Origin: a virus | Length of the DNA stretch: 43,892 nucleotides | Direction: 5' to 3' (one strand) | Virus genome (UHGV): UHGV-0392495 | Shown here: one piece after another, positions 15,592 through 25,300 of the stretch | Layout of the letters: each line of letters begins with the position of its first letter | Numbering within the stretch: position 1 is the first letter of the stretch | The notes under the pieces: model-generated | Told to the model about the DNA's origin: nothing | The model's database searches: none | The model's input: only the letters and a program-made list of their open reading frames with translations | Program-made: the position numbers and the translations under genes

Positions 15592-15762
15592 ATGGTAAAA
15601 GACGGTTGGGTATACTGCCCCATATGTAGTAATAAAACAAGGACAAAAATAAGGAAAGATACTGAAGCCAAGAATTTACCTGTATTTTGCCCAAAGTGCA
15701 GGAATATAACCGTAATGGATATATATGGAAGTGAAATAAAAAGAATGCAAAGCATTAATTAG
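15592..15762 (+). CDS. cysteine-rich KTR-domain zinc-ribbon microprotein (56 aa)
   Basis: RBS GAAAGGGTGAAAAC then ATG 15592; WVYCPICSNKTRTKIRKDTEAKNLPVFCPKCRN matches the Cys_rich_KTR pattern (CP.C.NKTR...CPKC). Confidence 0.55.
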   Translation: MVKDGWVYCPICSNKTRTKIRKDTEAKNLPVFCPKCRNITVMDIYGSEIKRMQSIN

Positions 15763-16109
15763 AGCCAGTCGCCAGTCGCAGAGCCATACAGATTACAGAA
15801 CGTAATTTGCATGGCTTTTTCTTTACATAGAACCTCCTCCAATTGCACATGTCCTTAATAGAAACAGGTTCTAATGCATAGCATAAACAACCTGGAGGTT
15901 GAAAAGCGGATGCAATTTCCGGCATGTGCATTCCTTCTAAAGGCTATCCTCCTCCCGTAATGGAGATAGAAAAAACTTGTCAGTTATGACCTGGACGAAA
16001 CTGAAAAATGATACGGCATTGTTTTGGTGGGATATCGGCGGGCTGACAGCATTTCAGAGTACATATGCGGCGCAAAAAGGCGTGACGAGGAGTTTTCAAG
16101 AAATGAAAT

Positions 16110-16182
16110 CGGGAAATAGCTCAGTTGGTAGAGCAGCAGCCTTATAAGCTGTGTGTCAGAGGTTCGATTCCTCTTTTCCCGA
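16110..16182 (+). tRNA. tRNA, anticodon UAU (reads AUA; Ile2-type), 73 nt, no encoded CCA
   Basis: hand-folded: acceptor CGGGAAA/TTTCCCG (7 bp), D-arm GCTC-AGTTGGTA-GAGC, anticodon arm GCAGC-CTTATAA-GCTGT, T-arm AGAGG-TTCGATT-CCTCT, discriminator A. Confidence 0.7.
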
Positions 16183-16331
16183 TGTAGTCGGGTCGCTCCC
16201 GGATGATGTGAGAGCACGCAGAATGCCTCACAGAGAATGACAATGCCTGCTGAAAACTACTGCGATAGTTCCAGGGACTAGGACACGGGACTGAAATTCG
16301 CAGTGTGACAATCTAAGCAGGAACTGCATCA

Positions 16332-16420
16332 TGAGGATTCGCCAAGCGGTTAAGGCACCGGGTTTTGACCTCGGCAAAGAAGGAACACTCTTTACGCTGG
16401 TTCAAATCCAGCATCCTCAG
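16332..16420 (+). tRNA. type-II (long variable arm) tRNA, Ser-like body with G73, anticodon loop reads UUG
   Basis: hand-folded: acceptor TGAGGAT/ATCCTCA, D-arm GCC-AAGCGGTTAA-GGC (as in tRNA-Ser), anticodon arm CCGGG-TTTTGAC-CTCGG, 21-nt variable arm with 5-bp stem AAAGA/TCTTT, T-arm GCTGG-TTCAAAT-CCAGC, discriminator G. Confidence 0.6.
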
Positions 16421-16512
16421 TTTTGGACACGCCAAGTCCTACAAAATGGCAAACCGTTGGTGGACGGTTACACACCTACAAATAACCTAATAACGGAAAA
16501 GGAGAATCATCA

Positions 16513-17136
16513 ATGAAAACCGAAGAATTAAAAGCACAGGGATTGACAGAGGAACAGATATCTTTTGTCATGGCTGAAAATGGGAAAGACCTCAAAAAGT
16601 TGCAGAAAGAAAACGACAATCTGAGCGCGGACCGGGATACCTGGAAAGAAAAAGCAGAAGCAGCAGAAACAACGCTTAAAGGCTTTGAAGGGGTTGACCT
16701 GGAGACGATGCAGAGGGAAATATCTGACTGGAAACAGAAAGCTACAGAAGCCGAGAAAAAAGCCCAGGAGCAGCTTTACGAGCGTGACTTTTCGGACGCT
16801 CTGAAAACGGAATTTGAGGGTATTAAGTTTTCCAGCGAAGCGGCTAAACGTGCAATTATGGCAGAAGTAAAAGAGGCCGGTTTAAAGCTGAAAGATGGTA
16901 AAATTCTGGGGCTGAATGACCTTTTGTCTCAAATGAAAGAAAAAGATGCTTCGGCTTTTGTTGATGATGCACAGCAGCAGGTACAGCAGAACATGGCGAG
17001 GTTTACTGCACCAGTAGGTAAGCAGAATACGACAGGAACTATGACACGAAAGGATATTGAAGCAATTAAAGACCCGTCTGAGCGCCAGTCTGCAATTGCC
17101 AATAACCTTCATTTATTTGGTAAAGGAGAACAGTAA
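16513..17136 (+). CDS. scaffolding protein
   Basis: 207-aa charged, helical/coiled-coil protein immediately upstream of the major capsid gene. Confidence 0.65.
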   Translation: MKTEELKAQGLTEEQISFVMAENGKDLKKLQKENDNLSADRDTWKEKAEAAETTLKGFEGVDLETMQREISDWKQKATEAEKKAQEQLYERDFSDALKTEFEGIKFSSEAAKRAIMAEVKEAGLKLKDGKILGLNDLLSQMKEKDASAFVDDAQQQVQQNMARFTAPVGKQNTTGTMTRKDIEAIKDPSERQSAIANNLHLFGKGEQ

Positions 17137-18032
17137 TGGCAGCAAAAGCCAATATAATCACAAGCGCGGACATACAGGTTACAGCGCGTGAAATTGATTT
17201 TGTGACTCGCTTTGAGAGGAACTGGCAGCATCTTCGGGACATTCTGGGGATTATGCGTCCTATTAAGAAAACACCGGGAGCAGTGCTGAAAAGCAAATAT
17301 GCAGAAGGAACTTTACAGAGCGGGGCTGTGGGCGAAGGAGAGGAAATCCCTTACAGCAAATTCACAGTAAAGGAAAAGACGTATGCGGAAATGACCATTG
17401 AGAAGTATGCAAAGGCCGTTTCCATTGAAGCAATTAAGGACCACGGATATGAAAATGCCGTCCAGATGACAGACGACGAATTTTTGTTCCAGCTTCAATC
17501 GGATGTAACAGAACGATTCTATACATATCTGAATACCGGTACACTTATCGGAACAGAAACCACTTTCCAGATGGCCCTTGCTATGGCAAAAGGAAAGGTA
17601 GAAAACAAATTCAAACAGATGCACCGGAATGTTACAGGTGTGGTTGGGTTTGCGAATATTCTGGATGTATACCAGTACTTGGGGGCTGCTGAAATCACGG
17701 TGCAGAATCAGTTTGGTTTCCAGTATCTCAAAGATTTCATGGGATTCAATACAATCTTTCTGCTGTCCGACTCGGAAATTGCAAGAGGAAAAGTAATAGC
17801 TACACCAGTGGAAAACATTGTAATGTACTATGTTGACCCAAATGAAAGCGATTTTGCACGGGCTGGACTGGTATATACCACAGGGGCCGGAGAAACAAAC
17901 CTTATTGGATTCCATACACAGGGTAATTACAACACCGCTGTTTCCGAGGCATTTGCAATTATGGGATTAACTCTGTTTGCGGAATACCTTGACGGTATTG
18001 CAGTTATCACCATCAGCGCGGGGGGAGCGTAG
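17136..18032 (+). CDS. major capsid protein
   Basis: 298 aa, ATG overlaps scaffold stop, RBS AAAGGAG; position and size typical. Confidence 0.65.
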   Translation: MAAKANIITSADIQVTAREIDFVTRFERNWQHLRDILGIMRPIKKTPGAVLKSKYAEGTLQSGAVGEGEEIPYSKFTVKEKTYAEMTIEKYAKAVSIEAIKDHGYENAVQMTDDEFLFQLQSDVTERFYTYLNTGTLIGTETTFQMALAMAKGKVENKFKQMHRNVTGVVGFANILDVYQYLGAAEITVQNQFGFQYLKDFMGFNTIFLLSDSEIARGKVIATPVENIVMYYVDPNESDFARAGLVYTTGAGETNLIGFHTQGNYNTAVSEAFAIMGLTLFAEYLDGIAVITISAGGA

Positions 18033-18115
18033 CCGCCAGTAATCTATCCCTGGACGCTGACGGCGAAGATTTGACAGGGAGCAAGAAAGCAAGAAGCAGA
18101 TAAGGAGGAACCGGC

Positions 18116-18610
18116 ATGTCATATGCAGATTATGAGTTTTACACAACAAAATACTACGGCAGTGCCATACCGGATTCTCAATCATTTGATAAAAAAGCAG
18201 AACGGGCAAGCGACTTTCTTGACATTGTAACTAGAGATAGGTTGGTTGACGGCCTCCCAGACAATGAACGAGCGCAGACCAAAATCAAGAAAGCCGTATG
18301 TGCCTTAGCTGATAAGCTGTATGGTTTGGATCTGGCAGAAAAACAGGCGCTATCTGCCGCCGCTGGAAGTATAACCAGCGGGACCGGCGGCGCAACCACA
18401 GGCGTTATCACGTCAAAGTCATCCGGTTCCGAATCAATCAGCTATGCATCCCCTTCTGAAATAGCCAATGGAGCTAAAGCCTGGAGTGCTGTATACTCTG
18501 CGGCAGGGGATGAACAGGCAACCAATAAGCTCCTGTATGATACCGCAAAGGTGTATCTGATGGGAGTAAAAGATAACGAAGGGACTCCACTTTTATATGC
18601 AGGATTGTAA
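18116..18610 (+). CDS. head-tail connector / DNA-packaging (gp15/gp6-like) protein
   Basis: RBS AAGGAGG; first gene after capsid; inference from position. Confidence 0.45.
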   Translation: MSYADYEFYTTKYYGSAIPDSQSFDKKAERASDFLDIVTRDRLVDGLPDNERAQTKIKKAVCALADKLYGLDLAEKQALSAAAGSITSGTGGATTGVITSKSSGSESISYASPSEIANGAKAWSAVYSAAGDEQATNKLLYDTAKVYLMGVKDNEGTPLLYAGL

Positions 18611-18947
18611 AGTAAACATTCTGGGGACGGAATGGGAAGTTTTCCAGCGTGATGAAAAATCGGATGAAAACCTGGATGGGAAATTTAGGGATGGATATAC
18701 CGATTTTTCTGCACATATGATTGTGATTTGCAATAAAAAGGACGATTGCGAATTAAAGGACTATGAAGGATATAAAAATGCCATATTACGGCATGAACTC
18801 ATCCATGCGTTTTTGTATGAAAGCGGTCTGGATTCTTCAAGTTCAAATACATGCGGAGCGTGGGCAACTAATGAAGAAATGATTGACTGGTTCGCTATTC
18901 AGTCTCCGAAGATTTTCAAAGTATTCATGGAATTGGGTTTGCTCTGA
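18597..18947 (+). CDS. small HExxH-motif protein (putative Zn metallopeptidase-like)
   Basis: motif ILRHELIHAF (HExxH); 116 aa; embedded in head-completion region. Confidence 0.45.
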   Translation: MQDCKVNILGTEWEVFQRDEKSDENLDGKFRDGYTDFSAHMIVICNKKDDCELKDYEGYKNAILRHELIHAFLYESGLDSSSSNTCGAWATNEEMIDWFAIQSPKIFKVFMELGLL

Positions 18948-18965
18948 TTCCAGAAAGGAAAAGAT

Positions 18966-19229
18966 ATGGACATTACAACATTGGGAACATGTGTGGCTAT
19001 TGTGGCTTTAAGCTATGTGGTCGGCCTTGGATGCAAGGCAGCAAAGAAGATACCGGACGAATGGATTCCGGTCATTATGGCTGTTGTAGGTGGTGTTCTC
19101 GGCGCGCTTGGTATGGGAACTATACCAGACTTCCCGGCATCGGACTACATCACGGCTGTAGCAGTTGGCGCTATGTCTGGCTTAGCGGCTACAGGCGTTA
19201 ACCAGATGTATAAGCAGATGAATAAATAA
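18966..19229 (+). CDS. holin-like small membrane protein (3 predicted TM, charged C-terminus)
   Basis: 87 aa; TM-like segments TLGTCVAIVALSYVVGLGC, WIPVIMAVVGGVLGALGMG, YITAVAVGAMSGLAATGV; C-terminus KQMNK. Confidence 0.4.
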   Translation: MDITTLGTCVAIVALSYVVGLGCKAAKKIPDEWIPVIMAVVGGVLGALGMGTIPDFPASDYITAVAVGAMSGLAATGVNQMYKQMNK

Positions 19230-19244
19230 TGGAGGGGATACTAC

Positions 19245-19712
19245 ATGTATAATGCCACGGTGACTGTTTTTAATTACTACGAATCATCCACAACTGGCAT
19301 TGGTATTTGGTATTCCCATGTATTATCTGGCGTTGACCTTAATACCGACAAGGGCGCAATACTAAAAAAGTATGGGCCAGACAGCACGGACAATGCCGAA
19401 TTACACATAGCTTATGAATTACAGGATGGTAAACAAATAATCCGTGATGCTGACGGTAAAGAATTGCCGTGTCTTCCTCCAAAGGAGTGGAGGAGACAGG
19501 TAAATGACTTGTTGGACGATACAATTACTTTTGAAGCATCGGATGATTGTTTTTTCTGGGAAGGGGTATGGAATAGCGGCCAGGTCAATGATGAAGATTA
19601 TCGTGGTGGGTTTTATGCTTATATGAACAACCGGTACGACTTCGTATATTTGGTATCTTCTGTTGGAGGTCCATACTCTGTGATTCCTCATTTTGAAATA
19701 TTGGGGAAATAA
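19245..19712 (+). CDS. hypothetical head/tail-joining protein
   Basis: 155-aa ORF in connector region. Confidence 0.4.
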   Translation: MYNATVTVFNYYESSTTGIGIWYSHVLSGVDLNTDKGAILKKYGPDSTDNAELHIAYELQDGKQIIRDADGKELPCLPPKEWRRQVNDLLDDTITFEASDDCFFWEGVWNSGQVNDEDYRGGFYAYMNNRYDFVYLVSSVGGPYSVIPHFEILGK

Positions 19713-19713
19713 T

Positions 19714-20199
19714 ATGGCAAGTAAAATAACACATTTTAAAGGATTCTCTGTTGTTGATGGAGATATCAAAATCAAACTTAATTTAACCCGGTTTGATAAG
19801 CAATTCCAGCGCGCGCAGTATCAGCTTGATGGAAATGTGATGAATAGTATGGTCCCTTTTATGCCGATGGTCACAGGCGATTTTGTGGATGTTACCAGAG
19901 CAGCGAGCGCAGCAATACAAGGAACTGGACAAGTATATGCTGCATACGGTTCACAGGGCCGTTTTCTGTATATGGGTAAAACAATGGTAAGCTCTGTAAC
20001 TGGTAGCACATGGGCAAAAAAAGGGGAACCACCCAAAGTATTAGTAAGTCAATATGGAAGAAAAACAAACGCCAAAGAAAATCTAACATATTCAAGAGCT
20101 GGAGCAAAGGCATTATGGTTTGATGCTGCTAAGAAGAAAGACGGTAAATCATGGATAAAGCAAGCCAAGAAAACGGCTGGAGGTGGAAAGCGTGGGTGA
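19714..20199 (+). CDS. minor capsid / head-tail adaptor protein
   Basis: ATG 19714 chosen within track ORF; Lys-rich C-terminus; positional inference. Confidence 0.4.
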   Translation: MASKITHFKGFSVVDGDIKIKLNLTRFDKQFQRAQYQLDGNVMNSMVPFMPMVTGDFVDVTRAASAAIQGTGQVYAAYGSQGRFLYMGKTMVSSVTGSTWAKKGEPPKVLVSQYGRKTNAKENLTYSRAGAKALWFDAAKKKDGKSWIKQAKKTAGGGKRG

Positions 20200-20698
20200 T
20201 GAACGAAAACCAATAGGAAAAGATGCAAGCGGATATGATGTACTGACAATCGCTGTAAAGGCTTTGCTTAATCAATTCCCGGGTTTGTATGAAAATGAAA
20301 CCGTTAAGTTTGAAGAATTGGGTGAGGATAGTGGGATTGCATTTTCGGCAGATAATGGAGCCTTAATCTTTTCTGAGACTGAGGATGTACTGGGTGGAGT
20401 GCGCCAGACCTGCCAGTATCCTTTCTATATTATATACCGTACATCCTCCACAAAAGAGCGGCAGAAGATGAGCATACAGGAATTTCTTGATACGTTCGGG
20501 AAGTGGCTATGTCGTGAGCCGGTTGTGATTGATGGGAGTGAGCAGCGATTATCAAATTACCCCACATTATCCCAGGGAAGAAAGATAACCAAAGTTACCC
20601 GTGATAACTCATACGGACTGGAACCGCAGGAAAGTGGCGTGCAGGACTGGATACTTCCTGTATCAATAGGATATAAATATGATTTTGAAAGATGGTAG
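20192..20698 (+). CDS. minor capsid / tail-completion protein
   Basis: GTG 20192 with GGAGG 7 nt upstream (track start 20183 also possible). Confidence 0.4.
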   Translation: MGDERKPIGKDASGYDVLTIAVKALLNQFPGLYENETVKFEELGEDSGIAFSADNGALIFSETEDVLGGVRQTCQYPFYIIYRTSSTKERQKMSIQEFLDTFGKWLCREPVVIDGSEQRLSNYPTLSQGRKITKVTRDNSYGLEPQESGVQDWILPVSIGYKYDFERW

Positions 20699-20716
20699 AG
20701 CCAGACGCTAAGACGC

Positions 20717-20747
20717 AGAGCCTTGTGTGATGGCTCTATTTTTATTT
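20717..20747 (+). terminator. rho-independent terminator/attenuator before major tail gene
   Basis: AGAGCC-TTGTGTGAT-GGCTCT followed by ATTTTTATTT. Confidence 0.55.
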
Positions 20748-20762
20748 GAAAGGAGAAAGATA

Positions 20763-21299
20763 GTGGCAACATGGACTTATGCCGATGGAGAGGCAAAAAG
20801 AAAAGACTTTATGGTCTTTTGGATAACTGATGGAAGCACCACAAATATCACAAAAGATAAACTTGAGATTATTGGGAAAGGCGTTGAAGATATGCCAATT
20901 TCCATGAATCCAGAGACAGAAGAAAGCCAGGATGTGCTTGGAAATAATAACTATGATATCACCGGCTATGCGGAAAGCATGACAGTGGACCCAACCAATG
21001 TATCAGGCGAAAGTAAATATGCGCAAAAGATAGATACGCTCATGGAAGAAAGGGCAACTCTGTCAGATTTACGGTTGAAATATCTTTGTGTAAAGCGATA
21101 CAAAACCGACAGTACAGGAAAGATGCGTGCATGGGTGCAGGAGGGTGTTGTTGAGTTGGGAGACTTTGCAGGAGGACTGAAAGGTGTTTCCGCAGCTCAT
21201 ACAGTGCACTATGTAGGTGATAGGACTCTTGGCGCTGTAGACCCTACAACAATGGCTTTTACGGCTGATGGGGCAAGTCCTGCTTCGTTGTCCGAATAA
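20763..21299 (+). CDS. major tail protein
   Basis: GTG 20763 with GGAG 7 nt upstream; about 178 aa; position before chaperone pair and tape measure. Confidence 0.6.
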   Translation: MATWTYADGEAKRKDFMVFWITDGSTTNITKDKLEIIGKGVEDMPISMNPETEESQDVLGNNNYDITGYAESMTVDPTNVSGESKYAQKIDTLMEERATLSDLRLKYLCVKRYKTDSTGKMRAWVQEGVVELGDFAGGLKGVSAAHTVHYVGDRTLGAVDPTTMAFTADGASPASLSE

Positions 21300-21310
21300 G
21301 GAGATTAATC

Positions 21311-21781
21311 ATGTCTAACATTCCGATAAGTATTGAAAGTCCGGTTAAATACTACGATTTTACGGACCAGCATGGAGATGTGCTGGCAACTCTCAAATTT
21401 GTTCCAACCGACCTTGACATATTTGAGCGGCAGCAGAATGTGTACAAAGCATTTGAGGATATGTGGATGGAGTTAAAAGCAACCCTTGATAGCAAAAAGA
21501 AGGATGAACTGTCGTTAGAGATAATCAATAAATACGCAAAGTCTCTCCAGGATAAATTTGATTATCTATTTAACGCAGACACTTCTGGCTTCTTCAAAAT
21601 CGCCAGCCCATTCACGCCAATGGAAACCGGCGACCCCTGGGCGCTGGTAATACTCGAAAGTGTTAAAAAAATCATAGAGCAGGAAACTGGTAAAAATTTT
21701 ACGGAAATGGAAAGCAAGGCCGGGAAATATACACAACAGTATAATGCCGGTCCAGGAAAATACCCATTTCCTGTTAAATGA
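21311..21781 (+). CDS. tail assembly chaperone (gpG-like)
   Basis: position immediately upstream of tape measure; acidic. Confidence 0.5.
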   Translation: MSNIPISIESPVKYYDFTDQHGDVLATLKFVPTDLDIFERQQNVYKAFEDMWMELKATLDSKKKDELSLEIINKYAKSLQDKFDYLFNADTSGFFKIASPFTPMETGDPWALVILESVKKIIEQETGKNFTEMESKAGKYTQQYNAGPGKYPFPVK

Positions 21782-22335
21782 GTGCAGCGTGGTCCCTCCC
21801 ATATTCTCTCTCTGTTAATGGGGTATATTATGAAATTCGTGAGGACTTCCGGGCAATATTAGATATTTTATCAGCCTTTGCAGATGAAGAATTATCTGAC
21901 CCAGAGAAAACACAAGCAATGCTTGAAATTCTTTACTGGCCCGTTATTCCGCCTCCGCAGGATTTAACAGAAGCGGCAGAAAAAGCATTATGGTTTATCG
22001 ACTGTGGTGTGGTGCATGAAGATACTCCATCACCGCGTGTAATTGACTGGGAACAGGACGCAGGAATTATTTTCCCGGCGGTTAACAGGATTGCAGGGTT
22101 TGAAACACGCGGATTCCAGATAATCCATTGGTGGACTTTCTACGGATGGTTCATGGAAATTGGGGACGGATTGTTTTCTCAGGTCCTTTCTATCCGGCAG
22201 AAACTGTCAAAAGGGAAGCGCTTAGAAAAGTGGGAGCAGGAGTTTTTACAGAACAATAAAAAGCTATGTGAGCTTGAAAAATCCACTGACAAATCTAAAG
22301 AAGAATTTGATTATTTTGCAGAGTTGCTAAAGTGA
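21778..22335 (+). CDS. tail assembly chaperone (Gp15/gpT-like), in -1 frame relative to previous gene
   Basis: own ATG overlapping previous stop (ATGA); frame relation matches G/GT pairs. Confidence 0.5.
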   Translation: MSAAWSLPYSLSVNGVYYEIREDFRAILDILSAFADEELSDPEKTQAMLEILYWPVIPPPQDLTEAAEKALWFIDCGVVHEDTPSPRVIDWEQDAGIIFPAVNRIAGFETRGFQIIHWWTFYGWFMEIGDGLFSQVLSIRQKLSKGKRLEKWEQEFLQNNKKLCELEKSTDKSKEEFDYFAELLK

Positions 22336-22336
22336 G

Positions 22337-25300
22337 GTGATATTTTTGGCAGCAGACGGAAGCGTGATTATTGATACAAAATTCAATACTGATGGTGTTG
22401 AAATTGGAGCCAAAGATATAGAAAACACTCTTAGAAAGTCTGCGGATGCAATTGGTTCGTATGATAAAAGTGTTCAAGATTATGTTGATAATTATGTTTT
22501 CAACATGGAAGCAGCAACTAAATCAAACAACGAATTCCGAAGAGAAATTGAAACCTTAAAAAAAAATCTCAAAGATTTGGAAGGCAAGGGCCTATACTTT
22601 GGCGATGAAGAATATGACAATACATATTTAAAGTTGCAGAAAGTACAACAAGCTCTTAAAGATTATAAAAAAGAATTAATAAGCCCTACACCCAATGCGC
22701 TCCCATTGGATATATCGACCCTTGAAGGACAGATTGATAAACTGGCATTTGATTTGCAACGGCTTAAAGACCGCGGGAAAACATTTGGAGATGAAACTTT
22801 TGATTCTACATATAAAGCATTTCAAAAAGCCAACCAGGAATTAAAAGATTACAAAAACCAGTTGGTTAAACCAGTACAAATCCCGGTAGACATTGATTCG
22901 ATGCAGGGAAAAATCAACGCATTAAAATCACAGTTGGATGACCTTGGAAAACAGGGTAAGACATTTGGGGATGCAACATTTGATTCGACTTATCAAGCGT
23001 TTCAAAAGGCAAATGAAGAATTGAAGGCTTATAAAAGCCAGCTTGTTAAACCGGTTGAAATACCTGTGGATATATCTGCCGAAAGTATGCAAGGGCAGAT
23101 TAATACTTTAAAGGCTCAGCTTGATACACTAAGTAAACAGGGCAGGACATTTGGTGATATAGAATATGACCAGACAGCCCTAGCGTTAAAACGTGCTGAA
23201 CAGGCGTTAGTGGATTATAAAAACGAACTGTTTAAAACCGATGCGCAGCGAGAAAAGGAAGCAGAATCAGCTAGAAAACAAGCCGAACAGCAAGCAAAAT
23301 TAAATCAGAAGCTTGAAGAAGCAAAACAAAAAGAGGCGGCTGCGGCTGCGGAATCTGCAAGGCTTGCAGAAATCGGACAAAATGCAAAGATATCCAATCC
23401 GCTTGTGGTAAAGCTTAGGGAAGAAATCGAAAGGCTCACCTTGCGTCAAAAGGATTTAGAAAAGGCAGGACTTGGACCAGGATATAAAGAGTATGATACT
23501 GTTACTGCAACGATAAAAAAACTAAATGCCGCATTGACCAAATATACAATCGGAACTAAAAAAGCAGGAAAAGAAACTAAAAAGTTAAATACGGGTTTGA
23601 AAAATACCGAAAAATCATCCAGAGGCGCAAGGATGGGAATAGGGCGTATGCTTGCAACCTCTATCCTGTTTAGCACCGTATTCCGTGCAATATCAGCAGT
23701 AACAGGCGGACTTAAAGAAGGTATGGATAATCTGTCCCAGTATTCAGATGATACCAATAAAGCGTTATCCATGCTGATGTCCAGTATGACCCAGCTTAAA
23801 AACTCTTTTGGCACAGCCTTTTCGCCGTTGGTTGAGTACGCAGCTCCGGCCCTGGTACAGTTTATCAATTTGCTATCCCAAGCCGTCACCTGGACGGCGC
23901 AACTGCTGGCGGCATTAACCGGCAAGGATACATTTGTTAAAGCGGTTAAGGTCCAGCAGGATTACGCGGACAGTCTGGACAAAACCAAAGATGAAACAAA
24001 AGATGCAGCCAAAGAAACAGAAAAGGCATTAGCACCATTTGATAAGCTGATACAGATAACAACAGGAAAGAAAAAAAGCGAAGATAAGAACGAGCTTAAA
24101 CCAGAGGATATGTTTACCACAGAGGAAGTATCCAATGATATTAAGTTACAGGCAGAAGCGATAAAGGATACGCTTGGAAGGTTGTTTGACCCACTTAAGG
24201 AATCATGGCTTGAAAATGGCCCGCAGGTAATGGGGTCATTGCAAAATACATTCTCAGCTATTAAGCAGCTTGCAAGTGATGTAGGTGCATCATTTATGCA
24301 GGTTTGGAATGTAGAAGGGTATGGGAAAGCAATTACAGATGATTTATTAATCACTTTTTCGAACCTTGTTGATACAGTTGGTAATTTAGTTACTAATTTT
24401 GATAAGGCATGGGTATCCGGGGATACTGGAACAAACATTTTAAGGCATCTTGGGGATATCATTCTTGAAATAACAGGATTTTTCCGTCAAGCATCAGAAA
24501 GTTTAAAAGAGTGGTCAGCCAATTTGGACTTTTCACCATTATTAGAAAGTTTTGACCGGATATTAATAGCTATAAGACCGATTGTATCTGATGTGGGTAA
24601 TTTACTATTGTGGTTTCTGAACAATGTTTTACTTCCGATTGCAAAATGGGGCATAGAGCAAGCGTTACCAAAAGTGTTTGATTTAATTGCAGCAGCTCTG
24701 AAAACACTACATAGTGTTATCGAAGCGCTTAAACCAATGGGTATTTGGTTGTGGGAAAACTTTTTGCAACCACTTGGTGAGTGGACAGGTAAACTTATTA
24801 TTGCGGCATTAGAAAAAATAACCGAATGGCTTGAAAAATTTTCCGAATGGATAAATCGAAATCAAAATCTTATTGAAAATATCACAATAGTAGTAGCGAC
24901 TTTTTTTGCAGCCTGGAAATTTTTAGAATTTGTTAATGGTGTAAAATCAATAATAAATGTTTTACAAGGTAGCGGAGGTTTAATTAAGATTTTAACAACT
25001 TTAGCATCCAAGCTTGATTTTACAAGTTTAAAATATGCAGGAATGGCAGCTGCAATAGCAAGCGTAGTTAAAGCTATATATGATATCTATAAAAACTGGG
25101 ATAAGATGACACCATCGGAAAAAGTTATATCTGGTATATTAGCAGCAGCCGGAGCAATAGCTATTTTAGCAGTTGCACTTGGTGCAATAGGTGGGCCAGC
25201 CATGCCAGTTGCAATAGGTTTAGCAATAGCAGCAGGGATAGCGGCTTCTCAAATTGCGGCAAATGCAGGAAAGCGTGCTGCTTCTTCCGGTTATTCTGGT

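Noticed and set aside
15984-16217. 77-aa minus-strand ORF overlapping tRNA 16110-16182
   Set aside because: Overlaps a confidently folded tRNA; no RBS
21740-21781. Canonical -1 slippery heptamer for G/GT chaperone frameshift
   Set aside because: Searched the end of the first chaperone ORF by eye and found no XXXYYYZ site; reported as an open question instead
23446-24462. Minus-strand ORFs 23446-23925 and 23962-24462 inside the tape measure gene
   Set aside because: Antisense to a clearly real 1100-aa gene; Ser/Leu-rich low-complexity translation typical of spurious antisense frames
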